The position numbers and the translations under genes were made by a program. A stretch of DNA of 62,904 nt, the filler included, from Isurus oxyrinchus (taxonomy: Eukaryota), in the NCBI GenBank assembly GCA_026770705.1. It is 2 parts of 2 records of this genome, joined end to end, with 100 filler letters (N's around TTAATTAATTAA, not from the genome) between each part and the next. Parts side by side here need not be neighbours in the genome. Positions count along the whole stretch, not along the records: positions 1 to 31,573 come from JANJGN010000002.1; positions 31,674 to 62,904 come from JANJGN010000210.1. One strand, 5' to 3'. Every line of letters begins with the position of its first letter. Position 1 is the first letter of the stretch. Below, in pieces: positions 25,051-38,500 of the stretch. Below the pieces are notes generated by a model that did not search any database, was not told the DNA's origin, and worked only from the letters and a program-made list of their open reading frames with translations.

Positions 25051-26273
25051 CTAGCTGAAGGTTCTTTGGATTAAATTGTCCCGGGTGTCCCTGCCTCCTT
25101 GGTGTAGTAGCGAGTCGGTGTGCTGCCCCTCATCATCGCCCTGTGCTTCCTCACCCTCTGAGCCACTGCTGGATTCATCATGTGCAGCCTCATCCACTGC
25201 GTTAAGGTCTTCATCGTCAACTGCATCCCCCCTTTCCAGCGCAAGATTATGCAGAGCGCAGCATGTTACCACTATCACAGAGACACGATCTGGGGGGTAC
25301 TGGAGTGCACTCCCTGAGCGGTCCAGGCAAGGGAAGCGCATCTTGAGAAGACCGATGGCTCTCTCCACCACAGCCCTTGTGGAGCCGCGGCTCCTATTTT
25401 ACCGCTGCTCAGCCTCTGTTCTTGGATGGCGGAGAGGCGTCATGAGCCACCTTCTGAGGGGATAGCCCTTGTCACCCAGCAGCCATCCATCCAGCCGGGC
25501 TGGAGCACTGAAGAGCCCCGGCACCTGGGAGTGTCTGAGGATGTAGGTGTCGTGGGAGCTGCCTGGGTACCTTGCACAGACTTGTAGAATCAGCATCCTG
25601 TGGTCACACGCTATCTGCACGTTCATGGAGTGGAAGCCCTTCCTGTTGATGAAGGCACTGGGCTCACCTGCTGGCGCCTTGATGGCCACATGTGTACAGC
25701 CTATAGCACCCTGGACACGGGGGAAGCCAGCAATGGCCGTGAAGCCTCTGGCTCGCTGTGTCTGACTGGCCTGGTCCCAGCGGAAGTGGATGAGGGTCAA
25801 TGCCCATCTGAACAGAGCATCTGTAACCTGCTTGACACAAGTGTGGACAGTTGATTGGGAGACATCACAAAGATCACCCACCGAGCCCTGGAGGGAGCCA
25901 GAAACATAGAAGTTGAGGGCAACTGTGACCTTCAGAACCACTGGCATGGGGTGTCCACCCACACAGTTAGGGGAGATCTCAGGCCCAATCATCTGACTGA
26001 TATAGTTCACTGTCTTGAGAGTCGGAGCCTCCTTCGGCACTGCACCTCAGTCATACTGAGGTAGCTGCTTTGCTGCCTGTATCCTGGCAGCAGGATAGTG
26101 GCGTCTTCTGCGGCCCCTTCCACCTTGGACAACCTCTTGGCCCTGCGCCCCTTGTGCCTGCGCCTGGCCTCCCAAAGGTGGCTCCCCTGGAGGTTGATTG
26201 TCCAGTCCTGGCCTCCTCCTTATCCTATTCCCCCCTCAGAGGAGCTGCCTCCAGTGGAGATGTCAGAACCCAT
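25051..26273 (-). pseudogene. Harbinger DDE transposase (HARBI1 family), disabled
   Basis: GFPRVQGAIGCTHV (catalytic D replaced by G), NRKGFHSMNVQ, YPGSSHD, LLGDKGYPL, VERAIGLLKMRFPCLD, CCALHN; in-frame stop at 25399-25401 and a frameshift near 26040. Confidence 0.92.
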
Positions 26274-27499
26274 ACACCCAGGCTAAATGGAGGCCTCTAG
26301 AAAGCTGCAGGCCCAATAAAGATAACTGTCTGCAGACTGCGTTCAAAGTACAGAGAAAGCTCTTGGAAACCAATGTGAACTGCTAACAATCACACAGGCA
26401 ACTTTAAAACACTTTCTGCAATTAAAACTTCATGTAAAACATGAACAACCCCTCTGAGCCCACATATTACAACAGTGCATGAGTTTTATTAAAAAATCAC
26501 CTACCCGCCTGCCCGTTGGGCCTGTGCGCTGAGCCCAAGTTCACACGGGCCCCTCAAAATCCAGGACAATTGGCAAGTTAAGGGCCTTAATGAGGCATTT
26601 CATTAATGGCGGGCGAGAGTCCAGCTACTGAGCCCACCCACCGACTGAAAAATCACGATGCTGTGTGCTGACATTGGGACACTCGTGAGACATTTTAAGC
26701 TCTGATGTGTGGACTCCACCTCCCACACGTCAATCAGAAAATTCTGCCAAGGGGTGAAATTTTGAAGGTGGTGCAGGAGCAGAAAGACCTGGGTGTATCT
26801 GTGTATAGATCATTGAAGGTGGCAGGACAGGTGGAGAGAGCAGTTAATAAAACCTATAGTATCCTGGGCTTTATTAATAGGGGCATAGAGTACAAGAGCA
26901 GGGAGGTTATGCTGAATTTGTATAAAACACTTGTTCGACCTCAGCTGGAATGTTTTGTGTACAGTTCTGGGCACCACATTAAAGGAAGGATGTGAACACA
27001 TTGGAGAGAGTGCAGAAGAGGTTTACAAGAATGTTCCAGGGATGAGAAACTTTAGTTATGAGGATAGATTGGAGAGGTTGGGACTGTTCTCCTTGGAGAG
27101 GAGAAGGCTAAGAGGATATTTGATAGAGATGTTCAAAATCATGAAGGGGCTGCACAGAGTAGACAAGGAGAAGCTGTTCCTGCTTGTAAAAGGATCAAGT
27201 ACGAGAGGCCACAGATTTAAAATGATTTGCAAAAGGAGCAAATGTGACGTGAGAGAGAACTTTTCCACACAGCGAGTGGTTCGGGTCTGGGATGTGCTGC
27301 CTGGAAGTGTGGTGGAGGCAGGTTCAATCGAGGCTTTCAAAAGGGTGTTAGATGATTATTTGAATAGAAACAATGTGCAGGGTTAGGGGGAAAAGGCAGG
27401 GCAATGGCACTAGGTCATCATGCTCATTCGGAGAGCCGATGCAGACACGATGGGCTGAATGGCCTCCTTCGGTGCTGTTAAGGTTCTGTGATTCTGTGA

Positions 27500-29520
27500 T
27501 TGTGATAGACTTCAAGAGGACATATACAGGCTGGTGGAATGGATGGAGAAGTGGCAGATGAAATTTAATACAGAGAAGTGTGAAGTGATACATTTTGGTA
27601 GTGAGGTCAAGGAGAGACAATGGCTGGGAATTTCCATGCCCTTTGGTGTTGGGCAACAGTGTGAAACCAGTTTGCGATTGCCCAATCAGCCTGCCACATT
27701 TCCTGCCATCGGACATTGGGAACCTCATTGTACAACATCTGTATATCATTATCAGGCCAGTCACTGGAATCATTCCCACTTCTGCCCTGGATCATCACCG
27801 ACATGTTCCACAACAGCATATATAAGGCGTGTACCTGGTGAGCTGCACTGCACTTGGGTCTTCAAGATTTGTTTGCCTACCTTGCCTCAGGCAGTACTCA
27901 CAGTCATCAGCACCAGGCTTCACACACATCACCACATCACTGTTAGGGGGGCTCACAGGCAGGTGTCTAACTACCAGACCAGCCGTACGTGGGGGGCTTT
28001 CCAATAGCTGCAGGGCTAGGGCTTGGGGAAGGGGGAGAAGTGGCCCCAGGTAAGGGAAGAGGCTGCAGGGCGAGGGCTGTACTGGGGAAGGAGGGTATCC
28101 CAGGGTGTGTGTGGGGGGCACATGTTGATGTGTACAAGTGGCCTCAAGATAGTGAGGGCTGAGGAGGCAGCCTCCAGAGGAGATGAGGCCAGGTGGAGAT
28201 GTGAGGGTGTGTGTGAGAGAGTGAGTGGTGATGTCCCTTGAGCTGGCAGTGAGTGAGATGCCAGTGAATGTGTGATGGCCTTGTGAGTGTGTGAGTGTAG
28301 AGGGATGGGATGGTTGCCTTACCCTGGCTGCACAGATGAGATCATTCATCCTCTTTCTGCACTGGGTGGCCGACCTCTTCTGTGCAGCGTTGGCACTGAC
28401 ACCACTGCCACCACCACCTACCAAGCTGGATTGGTGACACCGCTGCCCATCCTGCGGCCAGAGCTGGGGGGTCGAGGACATCACAGTGACCTCCACAACA
28501 TGGAAGACGGTGCTGGAAGGCTGTAGTCTCCTTGCCTTTCGGGGCTATGTCTTCTTTGCTGCAGCCCTGGGCTGGAAGCACAGAGCTCGGCTGGACATTA
28601 AATGTGGTGCCCGGCGAGGTGACAGTGTGGCAGGCGAATCGGAGCCTGCCCACCATCAATAACAGAGTGTATCCTGGGAATGTATCATTAATGCAGCGGG
28701 TTTGGGACAATACGACCTGAAAAGCCACCATTGTGGCTGGCGGGTAAAATGTCGTTTTTCCCACCCACTACCACATTTAGCGCAAATCTGAGACGATTCT
28801 ACGCGATATAAAATAAAGGGGGAAATTCTAAACGGGTTTCAGGACAGAGGGACCTTGAGGTGTAGGTGCTTAAATCATTGAAGGTAACAGGGCAGAGTGA
28901 GAGAGGGATCCTGGAACAAAAGTACAAAGGCAAGGAAATTGGGATAAACCTGAATAAAAGACTGGTTCAGCCTCAGCTGGAGTCCAGTTCTGGATATCAC
29001 ATTTTAAGAAGGACCTGAAGACTTTTGGAGAGATTACAGAAAAGATCCACAAGAATAGTTCCAGGGAACGGGGAACTTTGTTCACGTGGATGGGCTGGAG
29101 AAGCCGGGACTTTTTTCCTTAGAGGAAACAAGGTTGAGGGGAGGTTTGATCGAGGTGTTCAAAATCATGAGGGGTCTGGACAGAGCAGAGAGGGAGAAAC
29201 TTTTTCCATTGGTGGGACAATCAAAACAAGAGGGCAATGGTAAGGTGATTGGCAAAAGACACAAAGGTGACATTGAGGAAGAACTTCCTTGCGCAGTGGG
29301 TGGTGAGGATCTGGAGAGCGCTGTCTGACAGTGTGGTGGAGGCAGAGTCAATTGTGGCTGTCAAAAGAGAATTGGACAACTATCTGAAGAGAAAAGATTT
29401 GCAGGGTTACGGGGAAAAGACGAGAGGATTTGGATTAGGTTTATTGTTCCTGCAGAGGGCTGGCACTGATATGATGGGCCAACTGGCCTCCTTCTACGCT
29501 GTAACCATTCTATGATTCTG
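27500..29520 (+). mobile_element. CR1-type LINE 3' part (27500-27621 + 28805-29520)
   Basis: WQMKFNTEKCEVIHFG before the insertion; RLRGGLIEVFKIMRG and ATTCTATGATTCT tail after it. Confidence 0.85.
27622..28804 (-). mobile_element. Non-autonomous Harbinger-related insertion with a Myb/SANT remnant
   Basis: Interrupts a CR1; minus frame has KRSATQCRKRMNDL; degenerate termini; AAT/GAT flanks. Confidence 0.6.
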
Positions 29521-29549
29521 ACATCACCAAGTTTTCCCTCACCTCCACC

Positions 29550-30720
29550 TCCCTCAACCCCTCCGCTGACTCTGCGTTCTTTGGCTGCTTGTCCAATATT
29601 CAGTGACATATTGTCAGTCCCCATCACAAAATGCATCCCTTAACCACCGGCTCTATCCCTGTCCCTGGCAACTGCCTCAGGCTAAACCAGAATCTTTACA
29701 ATCTGGGCATCCTACCTGAGCCCGAACTGTGTTCCTAAACCTTTAACCCGAGGATCACAAAGGCTGACAACAGCCACATTGCTAAGATTGTCTGTCTCTG
29801 CCACTGGCTTCACCTGTTTGCTACTAAAACCCTCAGCAATACTCTTGGCACCTCCATATTTGAGTATTTGGATGCTCTGTTTCCTGGTCTCGCATCCTCC
29901 AGCCTCTATAATGGAACTCATCTGGAACCCTGCTATCCATGTCTTAACTTACATTAGGCTCCATTCATCCATCACTCTTATTCTCAGTGACCTGTAGTAA
30001 CTCTCAGCCTGATAAAGTTTTGCTTTAAAAGTTTTCATTTTTGTGTTCAAATCCTTTCATGTTCTCATTCCCTCACTATCTCTTTATTCTCCTCCGGTCC
30101 TACAGTTCTGGCTTTTCCTGCATCCACAATTTTAAGCATCCCATCAATGATGCTCATGTCTTCAGCAACCTAGATCCTAAGCTCTGGTATTCCTCTCCCA
30201 AAACTGTCCAGGGGCTCAGCTGGAGTCTGTAGTGTCCATGGTTTGGCCATTGTTAATTCTTCCAATGCAGAATATGGTGAATGATCTCCGCATCTCCAGC
30301 AGCTCCAATGCTCCTCCCTTTTAACAAGTGCAGTTTAGCTTTGAGTGGTATTAGGACATCTTGATATCAGGGCCCCCAAGTTGTGTATGTAGCCAATGAA
30401 CAGCACAGTTAGAGCATGGGAATGAGGACCATCAAGTTCACATCCTGCCCACATTGTAATGAATGGGTGTGGCTTAGTCGGACATTTTGATTGGTGTGTC
30501 TGTTTTCAGTGGTTATTCGATTTGAGGCCTGTTTCTTCATCTGTCTCTCCTCTTTAAAACTCTGCTTAGGACCTAACCGTTTGAACAAGTTCATGGTTAC
30601 TTGCCCTAGTGTCTCCCTTCTTTGGTTTGGTGTCCATTTTGTTTGTTATACTCTCCTGTGAAAAGTCTTGGGAAGTTTTTCAATGCTTAAGGTGCTATAT
30701 AAATACCAGTTGTTGTTGTT
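29550..30720 (+). mobile_element. Old L2-like LINE 3' fragments
   Basis: Ends ...CTTGGGAAG..GGTGCTATATAAATACCAGTTGTTGTTGTT, an L2-type 3' end with a (GTT)n tail. Confidence 0.5.
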
Positions 30721-31573
30721 ATCCAGGGCAGGAGCGTCTGGTTCCAGTGCTTTTAAATAAATGTTTCAGCCCTTTACATTGTTATAGCAAATGTGGCCCC
30801 CACCAAGTGGACTCTTCATAGGAAACTGACCCATTGTAAGTAACTTGCACTTAGTAAGTAATTAACGTCACTCCTGAATTGAACCTCTCCGAGTCACTTA
30901 TAAGATCTCCACCCAGAAGAGAGAAACCGTTAACTTATTCTCACTGCTTCCTCTTTATCCATTCTTTAACTCCCAACAAAAGGGTGTAAAATAAGCCCCA
31001 GTAGGCTTGGACACATTGTGTTTCAATGTATTTACTGGACATATGACAAACTGTGTGGATAAACAGGATTGTCATTCTGTTGAGATGATCGGTGAAACCC
31101 TTTTTGCTGTGACCCTGTCCCTCTGCATTGTTGGGGGTAAGTACAACTTTTAGTTTGGTTTGGAGAAGTTAAGCTTGCTGTGAAAGAACTTACCATGGTT
31201 TGTGCTGCTGTGCAGCTGCTCCCATTTTGTGTGGATTCTATAGTTAGAACATTCAGAATTGCACGTGCGAATTTATCACTATATTGAGATTGTTTAGGGC
31301 ACCTGACACAGAACTACACAGGCTGGGATCGTGGACCAGAAAACCCAGCGTTCTCCCATTCCTTTCTGTGTTACGGACAGGAGAAAGAGGCAACCTGAAC
31401 TCCTTTATTTTCTCATCATGTGCCTGTAAGCAGAGATTTTTGATTTTTAAAATAGACTGTGGCATGTTTCCCCAAACATTCTGTTTATGAAGTCAATTTT
31501 AAGTGACTTGCAGCAAATTCTCTTTAGGGTTAAATCAGAGGTATTGTTTAGTCACACATTCAAACCTGGGGGA

Positions 31574-31673
31574 NNNNNNNNNNNNNNNNNNNNNNNNNNN
31601 NNNNNNNNNNNNNNNNNTTAATTAATTAANNNNNNNNNNNNNNNNNNNNNNNNNNNNNNNNNNNNNNNNNNNN
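31574..31673. other. Artificial spacer / sequence join
   Basis: Exactly 44 N + TTAATTAATTAA (stops in all six frames) + 44 N. Confidence 0.97.
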
Positions 31674-31840
31674 CAGAGGAACAAATGGAAGAGAGAAACA
31701 GTGAGTCAATCTGTTTGTTCACTGACCTGTAACTAAGGTGCAGATTGTAATTTAATTGTCCCTCTGGAGACTGTCATTTAGAATAAATGAGGGATGCTTT
31801 GATACACATCTTCGGTAATTCCTTGAGTTTCTGAGAGACG

Positions 31841-31910
31841 ATGCATGGGCCAGCGAAAGGCCTCTTCTTCGCTATTTGCTATCCCATTCTCGCTGTTATT
31901 GGTGTGCCTG
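31841..31910 (+). CDS. GPCR exon 1 (MHGPAKGLFFAICYPILAVIGVP)
   Basis: ATG, hydrophobic first half of TM1, donor G|GTAAGT in phase 1, matching exon 2. Confidence 0.85.
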
Positions 31911-33389
31911 GTAAGTGATGAATCCCGAATAAATGTTTGTGTTGATGTAAATCTCTAGATGTTTAGTCTCTTCTCTTCAGAGTCTGCATTTAAGGGAGTT
32001 CAATCGAATTATATCGGTGCTCTGTATGATATTATACTGTGTTATGTTGGATTATAGCTCTACTTGCGCTTGCATTATGGGGCATTGCAAAATATTATTC
32101 AATTTATTATGCTGCATATTTAGAGAAATGCTTTTTATTAGAATGCTGAGATATGAATTGTAATGTTTGCCTTTGCATAGACATTAACCTGTTATATTGT
32201 TGAACATCGTGTTTTATTCTAATCCAGTCAAATGCAATCTAGCATTTTGAGTATTGAGCGAGATCATTGCATATCATCATGTACTGACCTGCATTTTCGT
32301 GCGCTGGTCCTATCAATATATCAGAAAATTAATTGTTACAGTGCAATTATTCAATTAAATGAATTGTAATATAAAATACTTTCAGTGATAATACACATAT
32401 ACAATGCAACCTCTAGAAGTATGTAAAATTTACAGTATGATTTCCCACTGGGCAGTCCTAATTGTTAATCTGGCTTTGGGATTTAATCATGGAATCGTTT
32501 GAAAAAGGGGAGTGAGGTCTCAAGATTTTTAATGTGCTTTGCTTTGTGCTGGTAGGTCTTATAAATTTTGGATAGTTATATTTTTAATCATCAGCGGGAT
32601 GTGGGTGTCCGTGACAAGATCAACATTTATTGCTCTTCACTAGTTTCCACTTCAGAAAGTGGGGTTGCATTTGTTTCTTCAGCCGATCCTGTATGTATGG
32701 CACGGATGCTTCACAGGAACTTCACCTGATTAATTTCATACTGAACGGCGCAAGGGGATATTTGACCAAAGGGTACTCACAGAGTTTACTTCTAAGGAAC
32801 GTTCTAAAGAGGAAAGAAGAGCTGGAGCCGTAGAGGGAGGGGTTTTCAGAGATCAGAGCGTCGGCAGCTAAACGCTGAACCTCTACAAATGAAAAGATTA
32901 ATGCCAGGGGCACGAAACTGCAGAATTGGAAGCATATGATGGATCTCAGACAGTTGCAGTGTGTTACAGGAATTGAAGAAGGCGAGATAACAGAAGAAGT
33001 TAAAAATGGACGGACGAGGTTATTAAAACAGAGACGTTGCCATTCAGGGGGGCATTGGGCTGATGGATGGGCGGAACTTTTGCCGTTTTATGCCAATAAG
33101 GGCAGCGGTAGCAAATGTTTCAGATAATCTTAAATTGGATAGTTAGGCCTGAAGATTGCCTCAGTGTACAGAGAGTGAAGTTTGGAGTGAGAATGAGAGG
33201 ATTGCCTCATGTTTTGACTAATAGTTTATCCAGCATTGGATGCCAGACAATTACCAAAGACTTGACAATAGTCGCAGCCTGGAGGTGGCAAAATGACGGG
33301 TAAGGAGGGTTTAAGTAACAGATTCGATGAGGCAGTATCTCATGTTTGGAATCCGCTTGGTAACATCTCTACCCCTTTATCCCTCACAG

Positions 33390-34291
33390 CCAACTTGCTA
33401 GCGATCGTAATTCTATCTCGAGGGTGCTGCGGGCTCTCCCGCTGCACCACCTACTACCTGATGGCAATCGCGGTGAGCGATTTCCTGGTCATCATCACCG
33501 CCGGCATCCTCAACCGGATCGGCCGCATCTACTTTCAGGACAGTGTCCTCTCCACCACTCCCGCATGCGCACTCAGCAATGTGCTGGTCTTTACCATCCG
33601 GGATGTGTCAGTCTGGCTGACGGTCGCCTTCACCATTGACCGTTTTGTGGCCATCTGCTGTCAGAGCCTGAAGAGCAGATATTGCACTGAGAAAACTGCG
33701 TTGCTGGTTATAGGACTGGTCAGCGCCCTGAGCTGCGTGAGGAATGCCCCTTTCTACTTCAGCTACCAGCCTTTGTACATCCTGGACGGAGTGTCCTGGT
33801 TCTGTGCCATTAAGCCTGCCTTTTATATTCTTACCGCCTGGCATGCCTTTGATTGGCTGGACCACATCTTAACCCCCTTTCTCCCATTCCTCCTCATTCT
33901 GCTTCTCAATGCCCTGACCGTAAGGCACATTCTAATGGCCAGCAGAGCCCGCAGGAGGCTCCGGGGCACCGAGAGTCACGGAGACCAGGAAATCATCAAT
34001 CGCAAGCGGTCCATTGTCCTGCTTTTTGCCATCTCGCTCAGCTTCCTCCTCCTGTGGGCCATCTTTGTTGGACATTTCCTCTATGTGCGGATTACAGGCG
34101 AGGGCTATCTCACCAGCCTGAATTTCAATGATCCAGATTACATCGTTCAGGAGACCACCAACATGCTCCAGTTGTTCAGTTCCTGCAACAATGTCTTCAT
34201 CTATGCCGTGGCCCAGAACAAGTTCCGAGAACAGCTGAAGAAAGTGATGATGTGTCCCTTCACCACGGTCACTGTTTGCTTTAAATGGTAA
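33390..34291 (+). CDS. GPCR exon 2; the spliced product is a 323-aa class A 7TM receptor, GPR139/GPR142-like
   Basis: Acceptor CCCTCACAG|; spliced GVPAN (TM1), AVSDFL (TM2), TIDRFVAIC (DRY variant), TPFLPF (TM5), SSCNNVFIY (TM7); 70+902=972 nt with no disruption. Confidence 0.9.
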
Positions 34292-35529
34292 AAACAGGTT
34301 AAAACACCTTTGCGTTAATTCACTTCCATCAGAGTAGTTCAGTGTGTCGCTCTGTCCAGCATAAAAATGTCCTAGGCTCTGTCTTTCGGACTTCAGAGAT
34401 GTAAGGCCCGTATTCCAATGGCGACAGTCGCCCTGTCTGAAGGGATTTTGAAATATCACAGTTGCTGCCTGCCTAGATGAGATACAAAGGCTGATTCTTC
34501 CTTTCTCTTTCTTTCTTTCCTTCTTTCTTCCTTTCTCAGTCATACCGCTAAGGCTCTAACCCCTCGAAATTTACACCGAATGCAGAAAGGAAAGCATTTG
34601 AACAAATGGGAAATTCTTCCTTTCTCAGTGAATCGTGATCTGAAATTTGTTGCCTGAAAGGGAGCTGGGCGCACAGTGGATTAAAATTTTCAAATGTTCA
34701 TTAATAAATACTGGAACAGGACGACATTTGGAAAAGAGCAAGGGAAACTAAGTAACTTGATGGATCTATCAGAAACCCGGAATACACATTGTGGCCTACT
34801 GACCTCCTGCAAAACTCTATTGTTACACAACACTGCAGTGGTATTTCACACTGGATGAAGACCCTTATAAGAAATGCTGCAGCTAATTGCTCAGCGTCAG
34901 ATCCCCAATCTCATTCGGAACATTGAAGGCCACCTATCTGCTCATCGGTTGGTGAGAGAGTTTGGGTGGGAGCAAAATAAAGCAAATGCTGGAAATCAGA
35001 AATAAAAACAGAAAAGGTTGGAAAACTCAGCAGGCCTGACAGTGTCTGTGGAAGAGTCATGAGGACATGAAACGTTAACTTTGTTCCTCTTTCCACAGAT
35101 GCTGCCAGGCATATTGAGTTTTTCCAGTATTTTCCATTTTTATTTCAGAGTGTAGATGGATGCGGGAGGTTCAAAACACAGCAAAACAATGACATACCCT
35201 CTTATAATATTAACAGCGACAGTGGATGATCTAATGAAATGAAAACAAAACAGGTGTCTGCTGTCACATGAACAGTCGAAATATGTCATGATGTAATCAC
35301 AAGATATGAACTAATCTCCTGAAGAGAACCGGTTTAATTTAATAGAGACATGTTCTCATAAATTCATACCAGAGAAAGGAACTAATCTAATGTAAACGTG
35401 TATCTGTTTTACTTCATCAATAACTGAGCCAGAAATTCACGTTATATAAAAAGAGAAACTCTGAAGTGTAATCAAAGTTTAAACAGGGTCGCCTGTTATT
35501 TAAGCAATGGCATGTCCTTGCACAATGTT

Positions 35530-38500
35530 AAATGATACAGGGATTAGATTCATACAGACTGGGACAGGATCTGAGGCAGTGATTACTGATACAGAGACTA
35601 GATCAAAATAAAATGACACTGTGTCCAGGGCAGTGATTACTGATACAGGGTCTTGACTAATACAAACTGAGACAGGGCCTAGTGCAATGATTACCGATAT
35701 AGGGTCCAGTTTAATATGAACTGAGAACTGAGACAGAGTATATTGTAGAGCTTACTGATGCATGGTGTGGACTACTATAAACTGAGTCTGGGTCTAGTGC
35801 AGAGAAATATGATGCAGGGCCGATGTCAACATTAACTGAGACAGGGTCCACTGCAATGGTTACTGATACCTGTGCCTTTATTAATATAAACTGAGAAGGT
35901 GTCCAGTGCAGTGATTAGTGACACAGGGTCTAGGTTAATATAAACTGAGTCAGGGCCTAGTGCAGTGATTACAGATATAGGGTTTAGAATGATATAAACT
36001 GCAAGATGGCATTGTGCAGTGATTACTGATACAGCGTCTGGATTAATATAAACTGAGACGGGGTCTAGTGCAGTGATTACTGAAACAGGGTCTAGATTAA
36101 TAGAAAATGATACAGGGGCAACTGCAGTGATTACTGATTTGGGCTCTAGGTTAAGATAAACAGAGACAGGGCCTAGGGCAGTGATTCCTGATACAGGGCC
36201 TTCACTAATATAAACTGAGACAGGTTCTATTGCAGAGACAACTGATACAGGGTCTAGAAAAACATTAACACTAGACAGGGTCTAGTGCAGTGATTACCGA
36301 TACAGCGTCTTTATTAATATAAAATGAAAGAGGGTCTGCTGCAGTGATTAATGATACAGAGTCTAGCTTGAATTAAACTGAGGCAGGCCATTGTGCACTG
36401 ATTACTGACACAGTATCTCGATTAATATAAAGTGATGCAGGGCCAAGCACAGCGATTACCAATACAGCGTCTCAATTTATATAAACTGAGGCAGGCCATT
36501 GTGCAATGATTCCTGACACAGGATCTTGATTAATATAAAGTGATGCAGGGCCAAGCACAGCGATTACCGATACAGGGTCTCGATTGATATAAACTGAGGC
36601 AGAGCATGGTGCAGTGATTACTAATACAGGGGCTAGATCAATATAAATTGAGATAGTGTCTTGTGCAGTGATTACTTATACAGGGCCCAGATAAATATAA
36701 GCCAGGGCAGGGGCTAGTGCAGTGATTACTGATGCAGGTTCTTGACTAATACAAACTGAGGCAGGGCCTAGTGCAGTGATTACCGATAAAGGGTCTAGAT
36801 TAATATGAACTGATAATTGAGACAGAGTATATTGCAGAGCTTACTGATGCATGGTGTGGACTACTATAAACTGAGTCTGGGTCTAGTGCAGAGAAATATG
36901 ATGCAGGGCCGATGTCAGCATTAACTGAGACAGGGTCCAGTGCAATGGTTACTGTTACTGTTCCTTGATTAATATAAACTGAGAAGGTGTCCAGCACAGT
37001 GATTAGTGGCACATGGTCTAGGTTAATATAAACTGAGTCAGGGCCTAGTGCAGTGATTACAGATATAGGGTTTAGATTGATATAAACTGCAGGATGGCAT
37101 TGTGCAGTAAATTCTGAAACAGGGTCTGGATTAACATAAACTGAGATGGAGTCTAGTGCAGTGATTACTGATACAGGCTCTAGGTTAAGATAAACAGGGA
37201 CAGGGCCTAGGGCAGTGATTCCTGATACAGGGCCTTCACTAATATAAACTGAGACAAGTTCTATTGCAGAGATAACTGATACAGGGTCTAGAACAACATT
37301 AACTGAGACAGGGTCTAGTGCAGTGATTACTGATACAGTCTAAATTAAGATAATCTGAGACAGGGCCTAGAGCAGTGATTAATTATACAGGTTCTTAACT
37401 AACATAAAATGAAAGAGGGTCTCCTGCAGTGACTAAGGATACAGGGTCTAGTTTGAAATAAACTGAGGCAGGCCATTGTGCAGTGATTACTGACACAGGA
37501 TCTCGATTAATATAAACTGATGCAGGGCCAAGCACAATGATTACCAATACAGGGTCTCAATTGATATAACTTGAGGCAGGGCATGGTGCAGTGATTACTG
37601 ATACAGAGTCTAGATTAATAGAAACTGAGGCACAGCCAAATGCAGTGACTACTGATAAAGGGTCTAGATTTATTTAAACTGGGGCAGGGCATAGCCCAGT
37701 GAATACTGATACAGGGATGAGATTAATACAAACTGAGACAGGATCTGGGGCAGTGATTACTGATACAGGGACTAGATCAAAATAATCTGACACCATATCC
37801 AGGGCAGTGATTACTGATAAACGGGCCTGAACTAATGTAAACTGAGACAGGGCCAAGTGCAGTGATTACTGATACAGGGCCTTGACTAATACAAACTGAG
37901 ACAGGTCCTAGCGCAGTGATTACCGATACAGGGCCTAGATTAATATGAACTGAGAACTAAGATAGAGTATATTGCAGAGATTACTGATGCATGATGTGAA
38001 CTGCTATAAACTGAGTCTGGGTCTAGTGCAGAGAAATATGATGCAGGGCCGACATGAACATTAACTGAGACAGGGCCTAGTGCAGTGATTACTGATACCA
38101 GTCTAGATTAATATAAACTGAGACAGGGCCTAGAGCAGTGATTAATTACACAGGGTCTTGATTAATATAAAATGAAAGCGGGTCTTCTGCAGTGATTACT
38201 GACACAGGATCTAGATCAATATAAACTGTGACTGTGTCCATTGCAGTGATTATTGATACAGAGTCTCGATCAATGCAAGCTGATACACTGTCTATTCCAG
38301 TGATTACTGACACATAACCTTGGTTAATGGAAACTGAGACAGGTTCCAGTGCCGTATTTACTGATACAGGATCTAGACTAATTTAAACTGAGACAGGCTC
38401 GAGTTCAGAGATAACTGATATAGGGTCTAGATCAATATTAGCGGAGACAGGACCTACTGCACTGATTACTTATCCAGTGCCTAGGTTAATATGAACTGAG

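Larger units (their letters stand above)
21871..26748. mobile_element. Full-length, inactive PIF/Harbinger DNA transposon (~4.9 kb) with two convergent genes
   Basis: Perfect 11-bp TIRs GGCAGAATTTT (21871-21881) / AAAATTCTGCC (26738-26748); AAGG on both flanks; transposase plus Myb/SANT gene inside. Confidence 0.9.
21000..27497 (+). mobile_element. CR1-type LINE (21000-21870 + 26749-27497) split by the Harbinger insertion
   Basis: RT motifs QHGFLKGKLCLINLLEF and YMDFQKAFDRVPH on the left continue on the right as EQKDLGV..LYKTLVRPQLE..3' tail. Confidence 0.88.

Noticed and set aside
25051-26273. Domesticated host HARBI1 gene
   Set aside because: Bounded by TIRs inside a LINE and disabled by a stop, a frameshift and a catalytic substitution
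33293-33389. ORF-track N-terminus of the GPCR (MTGKEGLSNRF...)
   Set aside because: Lies upstream of a good splice acceptor; exon 1 at 31841 supplies a proper TM1
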